A stretch of DNA of 64,000 nucleotides from Kofleriaceae bacterium (GTDB lineage: Bacteria > Myxococcota_A > Polyangia > Haliangiales > Haliangiaceae): contig JACKDR010000001.1 of assembly GCA_020633495.1 (NCBI GenBank), positions 438,105-502,104 of the forward strand, in the 5' to 3' direction. The notes beneath the pieces were generated by a model. That model saw nothing but the letters and a program-made list of their open reading frames with translations. It did no database searches and was not told the origin of the DNA. How positions within the stretch are numbered: position 1 is the first letter of the stretch; each line of letters begins with the position of its first letter. Below, in pieces: positions 45,876 to 56,902 of this stretch. Position numbers and translations under genes: made by a program.

Positions 45876-46820
45876 ATGAGCCGAAATCACGCCCAACTCC
45901 TCGCCCGCCTCGCGGTGGCAGCCGCGTGCGTCGTGGCCGGCCTCGCGCTCGAGGTCGGGACCGCGTCGGCCGAGAGCATGGTGGTGGTGGAGGACGGGCA
46001 GACCCTGTACGGCATCGCCAAGCGCTACGACTGCTCGGTCAAGGAGCTGCAGCGCGCCAACGACCTCAAGGGGTCGATGATCTTCGCCGGCCAGACCCTG
46101 GTGGTCCCCGACTGCGAGCCCGGCAAGTCCGGCGGCAAGGGCAAGGGCAAGAAGGCCAAGGCGCCCCGCAAGGAGATCGCGGTCTACGCCAAGCCCGGCA
46201 AGGTGCTGGTCAAGACCAAGAAGGGCCAGTCGATCGGCCGGCCCTGGGACGGCCACCTCGAGAACCCCGACAAGCTGCCCAAGGGCAAGGGCTACTTCAT
46301 CCGTCGCCCGGCGCGCGCCTACGGCACCGCGCACATGATCCGCCACATCCAGAAGGCGATCGCCGCGGTCCGCAAGCGGTTCCCGCGGGTCCACACCCTC
46401 GCCATCGGCGATCTGTCCGACAAGGACGGCGGCCAGATCAGCGACCACCACTCGCACCGCACCGGCCGCGACGTCGACATCGGCTTCTACTTCAAGAAGA
46501 AGCCGTCCGGGTACCCGGACTCGTTCGTCAGCTACACCGACGCCGAGCTCGACCTGCCGGCGACCTGGGCCCTGCTCTACGCCTTCGCGCGCACCGCCGA
46601 CTCGCCCAACGGCGTCCAGGCGATCTTCCTCGACTACAAGGTGCAGAAGAAGCTGTACGACTGGGCCAAGGACCACGGCGTCCCCGTGAAGTACCTCGAC
46701 AGCATCTTCCAGTACCCGGACCGCGACGGCGGCGGCCTGATCAAGCACGAGCCCAGCCACGACAACCACCTGCACGTGCGCTTCAAGTGTCCTGAGAAGG
46801 ACAAGCGCTGCGAGAGCTAG
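45876..46820 (+). CDS. LysM-domain penicillin-insensitive murein endopeptidase (MepA/M74-like)
   Basis: Signal peptide; LysM YGIAKRY; metal ligands SDHHSHRTGRDVD and HDNHLHVRF. Confidence 0.75.
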   Translation: MSRNHAQLLARLAVAAACVVAGLALEVGTASAESMVVVEDGQTLYGIAKRYDCSVKELQRANDLKGSMIFAGQTLVVPDCEPGKSGGKGKGKKAKAPRKEIAVYAKPGKVLVKTKKGQSIGRPWDGHLENPDKLPKGKGYFIRRPARAYGTAHMIRHIQKAIAAVRKRFPRVHTLAIGDLSDKDGGQISDHHSHRTGRDVDIGFYFKKKPSGYPDSFVSYTDAELDLPATWALLYAFARTADSPNGVQAIFLDYKVQKKLYDWAKDHGVPVKYLDSIFQYPDRDGGGLIKHEPSHDNHLHVRFKCPEKDKRCES

Positions 46821-46879
46821 CAGGTCGGTGCGCCGGCCGCCGCGCGCGGCTGGCACGGCTGGTGAAGTGAGGGACGGGG

Positions 46880-48460
46880 ATGTGGCGCCTCGTGGTGATT
46901 TCCGCCGCCCTGGCGGCGTGCGGTAGCGATCCCGCCCTGCCCGATGGCGGGGATTCCGACACCGACGCCGCGAACTGCGGCACCGGGTCCGCCGGCGAGC
47001 CCGGCGTGGTGGTGACGACCAGCGGCGCGATCCGCGGCGTCGCCGCGGCCGCGGGCGGCACCGCGTACCTCGGCGTGCCCTACGCCGCGCCGCCGGTCGG
47101 CGACCTGCGGTGGCGCCCGCCGGCGCCCGCCGCCTGCGAGGACGGCGTCCGGGACGCCGACGCCTACGGGCCGCGCTGCCCGCAGGCCGACGCCGGCGGC
47201 GGCGCCGCGACCGACGAGGCCTGCCTCACGCTCAACGTCTGGGTCCCCGACGGCGCCGCGACCGACCGACCGGTGATGGTGTTCGTCCACGGCGGCGGCA
47301 ACTCGGCCGGGTCGGCCAGCGATCCGCTGTACGCCGGCGACCGGCTGGCCGCCGCCGGCGACGTCGTGGTGGTCACGATCGAGTACCGGCTCGGGCAGCT
47401 CGGCTACCTCGCCCACCCGGCGCTGTCGGCGGAGAACGTCGACGGCGTGTCGGGCAACTACGGCCTGCTCGATCAGGTCGCGGCGCTCGGCTGGGTCCGC
47501 GACAACATCGCGGCGTTCTCGGGCGACCCCGACAACGTCACGATCTTCGGCGAGTCAGCCGGCGGCCGGAACGTGTGCACGCTGCTGGCGACGCCGGCGG
47601 CGGCCGGGCTGTTCGCGCGCGCCATCGTCGAGAGCGGCGCCTGCAAGTTCCTGCGCGACCTGCCCGCCGCCGAGGCCCAGGGCCAGGACGTGGTCGACGC
47701 GCTCGGCTGCGCCGGCGCCGGCGACGTCGCGGCGTGCCTGCGCGCCGCGTCGGCCGCCGACGTCGTGGCCGCGGTGCCGTCCGACGTCGGCGTCCTGACC
47801 AGCTCGCTGTACAACCCGGTGGTCGACGGCGTCGTGCTGCCGGCGCAGCCCGAGGCGGCGCTGCGGGCCGGCGACGCCGCGGCGGTGCCGCTGATCGTCG
47901 GCGCCAACGCCGACGAGACCGGCAAGGAGGCGCCGCTGACCCTGACCCAGACCGCGTACGAGGACCTGGTCCACGCCCAGTTCGGCCCGGCGCTCGGCGA
48001 TCAGATCCTGGCCGAGTACGCCGCGGTGTCGCCGCCGCGGGCCGCGTACGTGGCGCTCACCTCCGACGCCCGCTTCATCTGCCCGTCGCGCGAGATCGCG
48101 CGCTCCGCCACGACCGGCGCCGGCACCGCGCGCCGCTACCTGTTCCGCTACGCGCCGGGCGCTGTCGGCGCGGTCCACGGCCTCGAGCTGCCGTACGTGT
48201 TCGGCACCTTCGACGCCGTCGTCGTCCCCGGCGGCGGCACGTACACGCCGACCGCGACCGACCTGGCGCTGTCGGCGCGGCTGCAGCGCATGTGGACCCG
48301 GTTCGCGCGCACCGGCGATCCCGGGGCCGATCCCGACCCGGCGTGGCCGGCCTGGGACGACGGCGACCCGGTGATGGTGCTCGACGACCCGACCGCGGTC
48401 GAGGCCGGCGCCGGCGCCGCGCACTGCGACTTCTGGCGCCCGCTGTACGAGGCGCTGTAG
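46880..48460 (+). CDS. type-B carboxylesterase lipoprotein
   Basis: FGESAGG nucleophile elbow; MVFVHGGG oxyanion region. Confidence 0.85.
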   Translation: MWRLVVISAALAACGSDPALPDGGDSDTDAANCGTGSAGEPGVVVTTSGAIRGVAAAAGGTAYLGVPYAAPPVGDLRWRPPAPAACEDGVRDADAYGPRCPQADAGGGAATDEACLTLNVWVPDGAATDRPVMVFVHGGGNSAGSASDPLYAGDRLAAAGDVVVVTIEYRLGQLGYLAHPALSAENVDGVSGNYGLLDQVAALGWVRDNIAAFSGDPDNVTIFGESAGGRNVCTLLATPAAAGLFARAIVESGACKFLRDLPAAEAQGQDVVDALGCAGAGDVAACLRAASAADVVAAVPSDVGVLTSSLYNPVVDGVVLPAQPEAALRAGDAAAVPLIVGANADETGKEAPLTLTQTAYEDLVHAQFGPALGDQILAEYAAVSPPRAAYVALTSDARFICPSREIARSATTGAGTARRYLFRYAPGAVGAVHGLELPYVFGTFDAVVVPGGGTYTPTATDLALSARLQRMWTRFARTGDPGADPDPAWPAWDDGDPVMVLDDPTAVEAGAGAAHCDFWRPLYEAL

Positions 48461-48512
48461 ATCCCGGCCGGCGGCGGCGACCGTGGGGCCGAGGGGGTAT
48501 CGTCCCTGCCCT

Positions 48513-49622
48513 ATGGCCGAGATCCGCCCGCCCGCCGAAGTCCGGTACGCCGACGAGCTCGCCGCCGTCGCCGGCGCCGACACCGCCGCCCGCCCGCCGG
48601 GCTGGAAGCTGTCGCCGCGCGCGGTCGAGACCTACGTCATGGGCAGCGAGGCGCCGGTCGGCGGCGTCGCGATCACGCCCAAGTACGTCGGCGATCGCGG
48701 CCTGGTCCAGGTCGCGATCGCGACGCTGGCGTCGGACCGGGCGCTGATGCTGATCGGCGAGCCGGGCACCGCCAAGAGCTGGCTCGCCGAGCACCTGGCC
48801 GCGGCGATCAGCGGCACCTCGGCGCTGGTGGTCCAGGGCACCGCGGGCACCAGCGAGGAGCACGTCAAGTACTCGTGGAACTACGCGATGCTGCTCGCCG
48901 ACGGGCCGAGCGAGCGCGCGCTGGTGCCGTCGCCGGTGCTGCGCGCGATGCGCGAGGGCCAGTGCGTGCGGTTCGAGGAGGTGACGCGCACGACCTCGGA
49001 GATCCAGGACTCGCTGATCTCGCTGCTGAGCGAGAAGCAGATCGCGATCCCCGAGCTCGGCGTCCAGGTCGCGGCGCAGCGCGGCTTCAACCTGATCGCG
49101 ACCGCCAACACCCGCGATCGCGGCGTCAACGAGATGAGCTCGGCGCTCAAGCGGCGCTTCAACTTCGTGACCGTGCCGGTGGTCGCCGATCTCGAGCAGG
49201 AGCTGGCGATCGTGACCCGCCGCGAGGCCGAGCTGCGCGGCGACTACCAGGTCGGCATGGCGCCGCCCGCCGAGCTGGCGCGGGTCCTGGTGACGATGTT
49301 CCAGGAGCTGCGCGCCGGCGTCACCAAGGACGGCAAGACCAAGGTCAAGGCGCCGACCTCGACGCTGTCGACCGCCGAGGCGATCAGCGTGCTGTTCCAG
49401 TCGGGCATCCTGGCCCACGGCTTCGGCACCGGCGCGGTCGGCGCCGGCGAGCTCGCCCGCACCCTGGTCGGCGCGCTGGCCAAGGACGGCCCCGACGATC
49501 TGGTCGTGCTGCGCGAGTACGCCGAGACCGTGGCGCGCACCCGTCCAGGGACCTGGAAGCAGCTCCACGCCGCGGTCCGCGACGCCACCGGCGGCAAGAA
49601 GCGCAAGACGGACGAGCCCTGA
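48513..49622 (+). CDS. MoxR-like AAA+ ATPase (AAA_5)
   Basis: Walker A LIGEPGTAKS; Walker B/sensor region; ~370 aa typical of MoxR/CbbQ-type ATPases. Confidence 0.8.
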   Translation: MAEIRPPAEVRYADELAAVAGADTAARPPGWKLSPRAVETYVMGSEAPVGGVAITPKYVGDRGLVQVAIATLASDRALMLIGEPGTAKSWLAEHLAAAISGTSALVVQGTAGTSEEHVKYSWNYAMLLADGPSERALVPSPVLRAMREGQCVRFEEVTRTTSEIQDSLISLLSEKQIAIPELGVQVAAQRGFNLIATANTRDRGVNEMSSALKRRFNFVTVPVVADLEQELAIVTRREAELRGDYQVGMAPPAELARVLVTMFQELRAGVTKDGKTKVKAPTSTLSTAEAISVLFQSGILAHGFGTGAVGAGELARTLVGALAKDGPDDLVVLREYAETVARTRPGTWKQLHAAVRDATGGKKRKTDEP

Positions 49623-52132
49623 TGACTCGCCGCCCCGACCTGGCGACGCTGGCCGCGGTGCGCATCCTGCCGGTGCGCCACCACTCGCCGCGCGTCAGCC
49701 AGGTCGTGCGCGCCGAGCTCGATCGCATCGACCCCGACGTGGTCCTCGTCGAGGGCCCCTCGGACGCCGGCGACCTGCTCTCGGTCCTGGTCGACGACGA
49801 CACCCGTCCCCCCGTCGCGATCCTCGGCTACCGCACCGACGGCCCCAGCCAGAGCGTGGTCTGGCCGTTCGCCAGCTACTCGCCCGAGTACGTGGCCCTG
49901 CGCTGGGCCCACGAACACGGCGTGCGTGCCGAGCTGATCGATCTCGACATCGGCACCGCCCTGGCGATCGCCGAGGAGGATCACGACGCCGAAGATCCGG
50001 ACACGGGCACGGACACGGACACGGACACGGACACGGGTTCGGAGGCGGACACGGGTTCGGAGGCGGACACGGGTTCGGAGGCGGAGGCGGAGGCGGAGGC
50101 GGAGGCGGACACGGACACGGACACGGACACGGACACGGACACGGACACGGACACGGGTTCGGAGGCGGAGGCGGATCCGGCCGCGGCCGCGTCCGCGGAC
50201 GACGACTTCGACTCCCTCGACGACGCCATCGCCTCCTCCGCCCACATGGCCTCCTTCGACGAGGTCTGGGACGCCTGGCTCGAGTCTCCCTCCCACGCCG
50301 CCGCCGACCTCAACCGCGCCCTCCTCGCCTACGCCGGCCTCCTCGCCGCCCGCGGCCGCCGCTCCCACCGCACCCGTCACCGCGACGCCGTCATGGCGCG
50401 CCACATCCTCGCGACCGTCGCCGCCGGCACGCCGCCCTCCCGCATCGTCGTCATCGTCGGCGCCGCCCACGCCGCCGCCTTCCTCGCCGGCGACGTCGAC
50501 CTCGACCTCGCCGACGATCTGCCCGCGCCGCTGCCCTGCGCGCGCACGCTGATCCCCTACAGCTTCCCGCGCCTGTCCGAGCAGCTCGGCTACGGCGCCG
50601 GCAACCGCGCGCCGCGCTACTACCAGCGCGCCCACGACGCCGGCTGCGACTTCGAGCGCGCCTCGCTCGAGACCCTGATCGAGCTCGGCGAAACCCTGCG
50701 CCTGCGCGGCTTCGCGGTGTCGCTCGCCGACACCATCGAGGCCTGGCGCCTCGCCGTCACCCTCGCCGGCATGCGCGGCAAGCCGGCGCCCGGCCTCGAC
50801 GAGGCCCGCCAGGCCGCGATCGCCACGATGGGCCGCGGCGAGGCCGGCCCGATCGACGCCGCCCTCGCCCCCGCCGCGGTCGGCCGCGCCATCGGCCGGG
50901 TCGCGTCGCGCCTCGGCCAGGGCCCGCTGCAGGCCGAGTTCTGGCGCGAGGTCCGGGCCCGCCGCCTGCCCGAGCGCGACGATCCCGAGGACCTCACGCT
51001 GTCGATGGTCGACGACGTCCAGGTCGACACCAGCGTGTTCCTGCACCGCCTCCGCCTCGCCGACGTCCCGTACGCGACCTTCCGCGGCGCCGGCCGCGAT
51101 CGCGGCGCCGCCCGCGGTCGCGGCGACGACGACGCCGGCGGCCTCGACGCGCTGTCGCGGGTCCGCGAGGGCTGGACCGCGCAGTGGACGCCGGCCACCG
51201 ACGTCGCGCTGGTCGAGAAGGTCGTCCTCGGCGACGGCCTCGAGGAGGTCGCGTCGCGCCTGCTGCTCGATCGCCTCGCCGCGGCGCGCGGCACCGGCGA
51301 GGCCGCCGACGTCCTGCTCGAGGCGGTGGTCGCCGGCTGCCCCGCGGTGGTGGCTCGCGCCCTCGCCGCCTGCGACGCCGCCGCCGCCCACGACGACGAT
51401 CTGCCGTCGCTGGCGCGGGCGTGCGCCGCGCTGTCGGCGCTGACCTCGTACGGCACGTCGCGCGCCCACACCGGCGGCGACGCCGCGATCGCGACCCTGT
51501 GCGTGACCACCTTCGAGCGCGCGGTGCTGCGCCTGCCCGGCGCCGCCGCGGTCGACGACGCCGGCGCCGCCGCGGTCAAGACCGCGCTGCGCGCCCTGCA
51601 CGAGGTCGCGCTGGCCCAGCCGCGGGTCGCCGGCCACGGCCGCGACGCCTGGCTCGCCGCCGCGCGCGACACCGCCGACGCCTTCGACGTCCACCCCGAG
51701 ATCGCCGGCCTCGCCGCCGGCCTGCTCTACCTGGCCCAGGCCCTCGACGACGCCGCGGTCGCGACCGCGGTGTCGCTGCGGCTGTCGCCGGCGATCGATC
51801 CCGCGGCCGGCGCCGCGTACCTCGCCGGCTTCCTCGAGGTCAACGCGCTGGTCGTGGTCAAGAGCCGGCCGGTGGTCGCCGCGCTCGACGCCTACCTCGC
51901 CACCCTCGACGGCGAGACCTTCCCCGACGTCCTGCCGGTGCTGCGCCGCGCGTTCGCCGCGCTGGGCGCGACCGAGCGCCGCTACCTGCTCGAGAACGTG
52001 ATCGCGGTGCGTGGCCTGGGCGCGCAGGCCGGGGCCGCCGCCGCGGTCGTCGCCGCCACCGACCGCGCCGCGGTCGAGGCCCTGGCCGGCGATCTCGCCG
52101 GCGCCCTCGACGATCTCGACGACCTGCTGTGA
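49622..52132 (+). CDS. large DUF5682-like protein with internal (GTD/SEA)n acidic repeat
   Basis: ATG overlaps the upstream stop (TGATG); N-terminal ILPVRHHSP motif as recalled for DUF5682; 836 aa. Confidence 0.7.
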   Translation: MTRRPDLATLAAVRILPVRHHSPRVSQVVRAELDRIDPDVVLVEGPSDAGDLLSVLVDDDTRPPVAILGYRTDGPSQSVVWPFASYSPEYVALRWAHEHGVRAELIDLDIGTALAIAEEDHDAEDPDTGTDTDTDTDTGSEADTGSEADTGSEAEAEAEAEADTDTDTDTDTDTDTDTGSEAEADPAAAASADDDFDSLDDAIASSAHMASFDEVWDAWLESPSHAAADLNRALLAYAGLLAARGRRSHRTRHRDAVMARHILATVAAGTPPSRIVVIVGAAHAAAFLAGDVDLDLADDLPAPLPCARTLIPYSFPRLSEQLGYGAGNRAPRYYQRAHDAGCDFERASLETLIELGETLRLRGFAVSLADTIEAWRLAVTLAGMRGKPAPGLDEARQAAIATMGRGEAGPIDAALAPAAVGRAIGRVASRLGQGPLQAEFWREVRARRLPERDDPEDLTLSMVDDVQVDTSVFLHRLRLADVPYATFRGAGRDRGAARGRGDDDAGGLDALSRVREGWTAQWTPATDVALVEKVVLGDGLEEVASRLLLDRLAAARGTGEAADVLLEAVVAGCPAVVARALAACDAAAAHDDDLPSLARACAALSALTSYGTSRAHTGGDAAIATLCVTTFERAVLRLPGAAAVDDAGAAAVKTALRALHEVALAQPRVAGHGRDAWLAAARDTADAFDVHPEIAGLAAGLLYLAQALDDAAVATAVSLRLSPAIDPAAGAAYLAGFLEVNALVVVKSRPVVAALDAYLATLDGETFPDVLPVLRRAFAALGATERRYLLENVIAVRGLGAQAGAAAAVVAATDRAAVEALAGDLAGALDDLDDLL
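49990..50170. repeat. in-frame (GGACAC/GGGCAC)n and (GAGGCG)n hexamer repeats within the DUF5682-like gene
   Basis: ggacacggacacgg...ggaggcggaggcgg; encodes TDTDTD/SEAEAEAE. Confidence 0.8.
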
Positions 52133-52159
52133 TCCTCCGAGTCCGCGACCGCCGCTGCC

Positions 52160-53380
52160 ATGACCGACACCCCCGACCCCGACGACCTGTCCGCCGCCGA
52201 CCGCGCCGCGCTGCTGCGCTGGCGGCTGGCGATCGGTCCGGGCGCCGAGCAGGCGCTGCCCGCGGCCGCGCTCGACCAGCTCGCCGCCGGCGCCGACGGC
52301 CTCGGCGTCGATCCCGACGAGCTCGGCGAGCTCGACGAGGTCCTCGCGTTCGTCTACGACGGCGCCCGCGCCGGCAAGGCGGCGGCGCGGCCGTACCTGC
52401 CGCGCTGGCTGGGCGGGCTGCGCAAGTTCTTCCGCAAGGACGTCGTCGCGATGGTCCAGCAGGACGCGATCGATCGCCGCGGCCTCGCCGAGCTGATGTT
52501 CGAGCCCGAGACCCTGCCGTTCCTCGATCGCAACGTCGAGCTGGTCGCGACGATCATGGCGGCGCGCCACCTGGTCCCCGACCAGGCTCGCGACCTGGCC
52601 CGGCAGATCGTCCGCGAGGTCGTCGACGACCTGCGCCGCCAGCTCGAGCCCGAGATCCGGACCGCGGTGCTGGGCGCGGTGCGCCGCGACCAGCACGCGC
52701 CGCTGCCCAGCCTGCGCAACCTCGACTGGCCGCGCACGATCCGCAAGAACCTCGGCCGCTGGGACGCCGACCGCAAGCGCCTGCTCGCCGACCGCCTGTA
52801 CTTCTGGAAGAACCAGCGCCGCCGCCAGGAGTGGGACGTCGTCCTCGCCGTCGACCAGTCGGGCTCGATGGCGCAGAGCGTGGTCTACGCCGCGGTCATG
52901 GCCGCGATCTTCGCCTCGCTCGACGTCCTGCGCACCCGGCTGTGCTTCTTCGACACCGAGGTCGTCGACGCCACCCCGCTGCTGACCGATCCGGTCGACG
53001 TCCTGTTCTCGACCCAGCTCGGCGGCGGCACCGACATCAACCGCGCGGTGGCGTGGGCGCGCGAGCACCTGGTCGAGCGCCCCGAGCGCACGCTGTTCGT
53101 CCTGGTCAGCGATCTCTACGAGGGCGGCGACGCCGGCCAGCTGGTGGCGCGCATGCGCGAGCTGGTCGAGTCGCGGGCCCGGGTGCTGTGCGTCCTGGCC
53201 CTCACCGACGACGGCCGGCCGTCGTACGACCACGGCCTGGCCCGCGAGCTGACCGCGGTCGGGGTCGCGTGCTTCGGCTGCACCCCGCGGCTGCTCACCG
53301 ACGTGGTCGCGCGGGTGCTGCGCGGCCAGGACCCCGCGCCGCTGCTCGCCGCGGCGCGCGCGCCGCACGTGACGAGGTGA
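52160..53380 (+). CDS. vWA-domain protein (CoxE-like, MoxR-associated)
   Basis: MIDAS AVDQSGSM...T...D; immediately follows the ATPase/DUF5682 pair. Confidence 0.8.
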   Translation: MTDTPDPDDLSAADRAALLRWRLAIGPGAEQALPAAALDQLAAGADGLGVDPDELGELDEVLAFVYDGARAGKAAARPYLPRWLGGLRKFFRKDVVAMVQQDAIDRRGLAELMFEPETLPFLDRNVELVATIMAARHLVPDQARDLARQIVREVVDDLRRQLEPEIRTAVLGAVRRDQHAPLPSLRNLDWPRTIRKNLGRWDADRKRLLADRLYFWKNQRRRQEWDVVLAVDQSGSMAQSVVYAAVMAAIFASLDVLRTRLCFFDTEVVDATPLLTDPVDVLFSTQLGGGTDINRAVAWAREHLVERPERTLFVLVSDLYEGGDAGQLVARMRELVESRARVLCVLALTDDGRPSYDHGLARELTAVGVACFGCTPRLLTDVVARVLRGQDPAPLLAAARAPHVTR

Positions 53381-53382
53381 CC

Positions 53383-56326
53383 GTGCGCCGCCTCGGCCTC
53401 GACGACCTGCGCGCGATCGTCACCGACGCCACCGAGCTGGCCAAGGGCGCCCGCCTCGAAGGCGACGGCGGGCTGGCGAACCTGGCCCGCCACGACGCCC
53501 GCCTGTACGCCGACGCCGCGGGCGCGGCGGCGGCGCCGTACAAGGTCACGATCACGTTCGGCGACGGCGCCAAGGTCACCGCGCGGTGCACGTGCATGGC
53601 GGCGCGGACCCGGCCGTTCTGCAAGCACGCCGCCGCGCTGCTGGTGGCGTGGGCCAACGGCCCCGAGGCGTTCGTCGAGAGCGACCGGCCGCCGCCGGGC
53701 GCGCCGGTCGACAAGAAGCGCGCGGTCAAACGCGGCAAGCGCGACCAGGCCGCGCTGCGCGCCGACGGCGTGGCCCGGGCGATCACGCTGGTCCGCGAGC
53801 TGGCGGCGACCGGCGTGGCGTCGGTGGCGGCGGGCCGCGCCGACGCGGTCCGCGATCTCGCCGAGGCGCTGCGCGCGGCGACGCTGCGGCGGCTGGCGGC
53901 GCGGGTCCACGCGGTCGCGGCGCTGCTGGCGCGCGCCGACGACGGCGGCCGGGTGCCGGCGGCGGCGATGGCGGAGCTCTTGTGCGACGTGCTCTTGACC
54001 GCGCGCAAGATCGAGAAGCACCTCGGCGGCGAGCCGCTCGACGATCGCCACGTCGAGGAGCTGATCGGCAAGACCTGGCGCAAGACCGACCGCGCGCCCG
54101 TCGACGGCCTGGCGCTGGTCGAGTACGCGTACCGCGCCGAGGCCACCGCCGACGGCTTCCTGATCCGCGAGGCCCGCTACCTCGACCTCGAGGGCGGCGG
54201 CCACTACGCCGAGAAGCAGATCCTGCCGGCGTGGCTGGCGCGCCGCACGCCGCCGCCGCCGAGCCGCGCCGGGGTCGTGCTGGTCGGCGCCGGCGGCAGC
54301 CTGTACCCGGGGTTCCCGCCGCGTCGCCTCGACCTCGAGCGCGTCGGCGAGCCGCGGCCGCTCGACGGCGCCGCGACGGCGCGGCTGGTCGGCCACGCCC
54401 TGCCCGGCGTCGGCGCCGCGCTGACCGCGCTGCAGGACCACCGCCGCGATCCGTTCGCGCCGGACCGGCTGCCGGTGGCGGTGCGCGTCGACGCGGTCGT
54501 CGCCGCCGCCGGCCGGCTCCGCCTGGTCGACGACGCCGGGCTGGGGCTGCTGCTGCCCGCCGCGCTCGCCCTCGACGAGGCGCTGGGCGCGGCGCTGCGC
54601 GGCGCGACGCTGCGCGCGGTGATCGGCGAGCTGGCGGTCGAGCACGCGCTGCCGGCGCTGACGCCGCTGGCGGTGATCGTCGAGGTCGGCGGGGTCGCGA
54701 CGCTGCGGCCGCTGGGCCCGATCGCGAGCGGCGCGCGCGGCGGCAGGCGGCGCGGCCGACGACGACGATCGCGACTGGGTCGCGCCGGCGCGCGCCGCCG
54801 GCGCGTCGGTGGCGGCGATCCGGCTCGCCGAGGTCCGCGGCGAGGTCGCCGACCTGCTGGCGCAGGGCCTCGGCGCGTTCACCCCGCGCGCGGTCGAGGC
54901 GCCGGCGGCGCGGCTGCGCGAGCTGGGCGTGGCCAGGCCTGCCGACCTGCTGGCCGGGATCGCGGCGCGCCCGGTCGAGGACCGGCTCGAGGACGTCGTG
55001 CGCGTGCATCAGGTGCTGGGCGTCGCGCTGGTCCGGCTGCTCGGCGCCCAGCCGGTGGCGCTCGACGACCTCGAGGCGGTGCCGACCCACCCGAGCGTCA
55101 AGGTGCCGCGGCCGGCGCGGTGGCTCGCGCTCGACGAGGCGATGGCGGCGGCGGCGCGCGGCGAGCTCGATCGCTGGAGCGCGGCCGCACACCTGGCGCG
55201 CGCGATCGACGCGGTCCCGGCCGCGGAGCTGCTGGCCCGGGTCGATCCGTGGTGGTCGATCGCGGCGCTGGCGCCGATGGTCGCGGCCCGGGTCGCGGCG
55301 CTCGACGGCGCGGCGGAGGTCGCGCGGCAGGTGCTGACCCCGGCGCGGCAGGCCGGGCGGGTGGCGCGGCGTACCGCGGTGCGGGTGCTGGTCGCGACCG
55401 AGGCGGCGCTGGCGCGCGCGGTCGCCGCCGCGATCGGCAGCGACGGCGATCTCGGCCTGCGCAGCTTCGCGCTGGCGTGCATGGACGAGGCGCGGGCGCG
55501 CGGCGGCGCGGGCGGGCGCGCGGGCGACGCGGGCGGCGCGGCCGGCGGCACGCGCGCCGCCGACGGCGGCGACGTCGAGGCCGCAGCGGCGCGGCTGCGG
55601 CAGCGGCGGGCCATGGTCGGCGACCTGGCGCGGACGCTGGCGCAGGCGTCCGGCCCCGACGATCGCCGGCGCGCCGCCGCCGCCCTCGCCGACGCCGGCG
55701 ACGACGCCGCGACCGCGGTGCTGCGCCGCGCGTGGCTGCAGGACAGCTCCGGCGAGGTCCGCGAGGCCGCGGCGATGGCGCTGGGCCGGCTCGGCGACGC
55801 CGAGGCCATCGACAGCTTCGTCGCGGCGCTGCGCCGGCGCGACGTCGACGGTGGCGCCGCGCGCGCCGCCGCGCTCGGCCTCGGTCAGAGCGGCGACGTC
55901 GCCGGCGCCGCGGCGCTGGTCGAGGCCCTGGTCGCCGGCTGGCGCCCGCCGCTGGTTGCCGAGTGCCTGCGCCTGGCCGGCGCGCCGGGCGCCCGCCGCC
56001 TGCTGGCGGCGATCGAGCGCGCACCGGCGGTGGCGAAGCGCAAGTCGACGCGCGAGATCCTGGGCGCCATGTCCGCAGGCGACATCGAGGCCCTGGTCGC
56101 CGAGCGGCTGGCCGAGCGCGGCAGCGGCGGCGGCGGCGGCAGCGGCGACGACGCCGCGGCCGACGACGACGCGCGGGGCGCGCGCGGAGGCGCACCTGAC
56201 CGCGATCGGCAGGACGGGCCGGCGGCGTACGGCTGCGCCCGCGCGGTGATCGCTGCGCTCGGCGACGAGCCGAGCGGGAAGGCGGCGAAGGCCGCCGTGA
56301 AGCGCGCGAAGGCGATCCTGGGCTGA
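53383..56326 (+). CDS. SWIM zinc-finger protein with C-terminal HEAT-like repeats; apparent frame switch near 54720-54810
   Basis: GTG 2 nt after the vWA stop; SWIM CTCMAARTRPFCKH; protein-like sequence moves from the 53383 frame to the 54809 frame; HEAT-like (EVREAAAMALGRLGD) repeats. Confidence 0.6.
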
Positions 56327-56329
56327 GCA

Positions 56330-56770
56330 GGGGCGCGACGGGGCCGCGGCCGTGGCCGTGGCCGTGGCCGTGGCCGTGACCGTGGCCGTGGCCGTGGCGG
56401 TGGCCGTGACCGTGGCCGTGGCCGTGGCCGCCCCGCCCGCCTCCGCCTCCGCCTCCGCCTCCGCCCCCGCCTCCGCCTCCGCAGCCGCCTCCGCCTCCGC
56501 CTCCGCCTCCCCGCCTCCGCCTCCGCCCCCGCCTCCCGCCTCCGCCTCCGCCTCCGCCTCCGCCCCCCCTCCGCCTCCGCCTCCGCCTCCGCCTCCGCCT
56601 CCGCCTCCCCCGCCTCCGCCTCCGCCTCCGCCTCTGCGGCCGCCGCCGCCTCCGCCCCCGCCTCCGCCTCCGCCTACGCCTCCGCCCCCGCCTCCGCGGC
56701 CGCCCCCGCCTCCGCCTCCGCCTCCGCCTCCGCCTCCGCCTCTGCGGCCGCCGCCGCGCCTCCGCGCCCG
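56330..56770. repeat. ~440-bp simple-sequence tract: (GGCCGT/GACCGT)n ~80 bp then (GCCTCC)n ~320 bp
   Basis: Direct inspection; lies between the SWIM-HEAT gene and the SNF2 helicase; ORF 56352-56774 only translates the repeat. Confidence 0.85.
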
Positions 56771-56902
56771 GTGACGCCCGCTTGTCGGGACGCGATCAGC
56801 CCGGCGTGGCATGGTCCGCGGTCGATGATCCCGTCGCAACGGACCCCGCGATCGACGGCGCGACGACGCGACGGCGCCGCCGCCGTGACGGGCGCGACCA
56901 GT

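Noticed and set aside
56352-56774. 140-aa ORF encoding (AV)n...(ASP)n...poly-Pro
   Set aside because: Purely a translation of the hexamer tract. It could be part of the SNF2 N-terminus but has no independent support.
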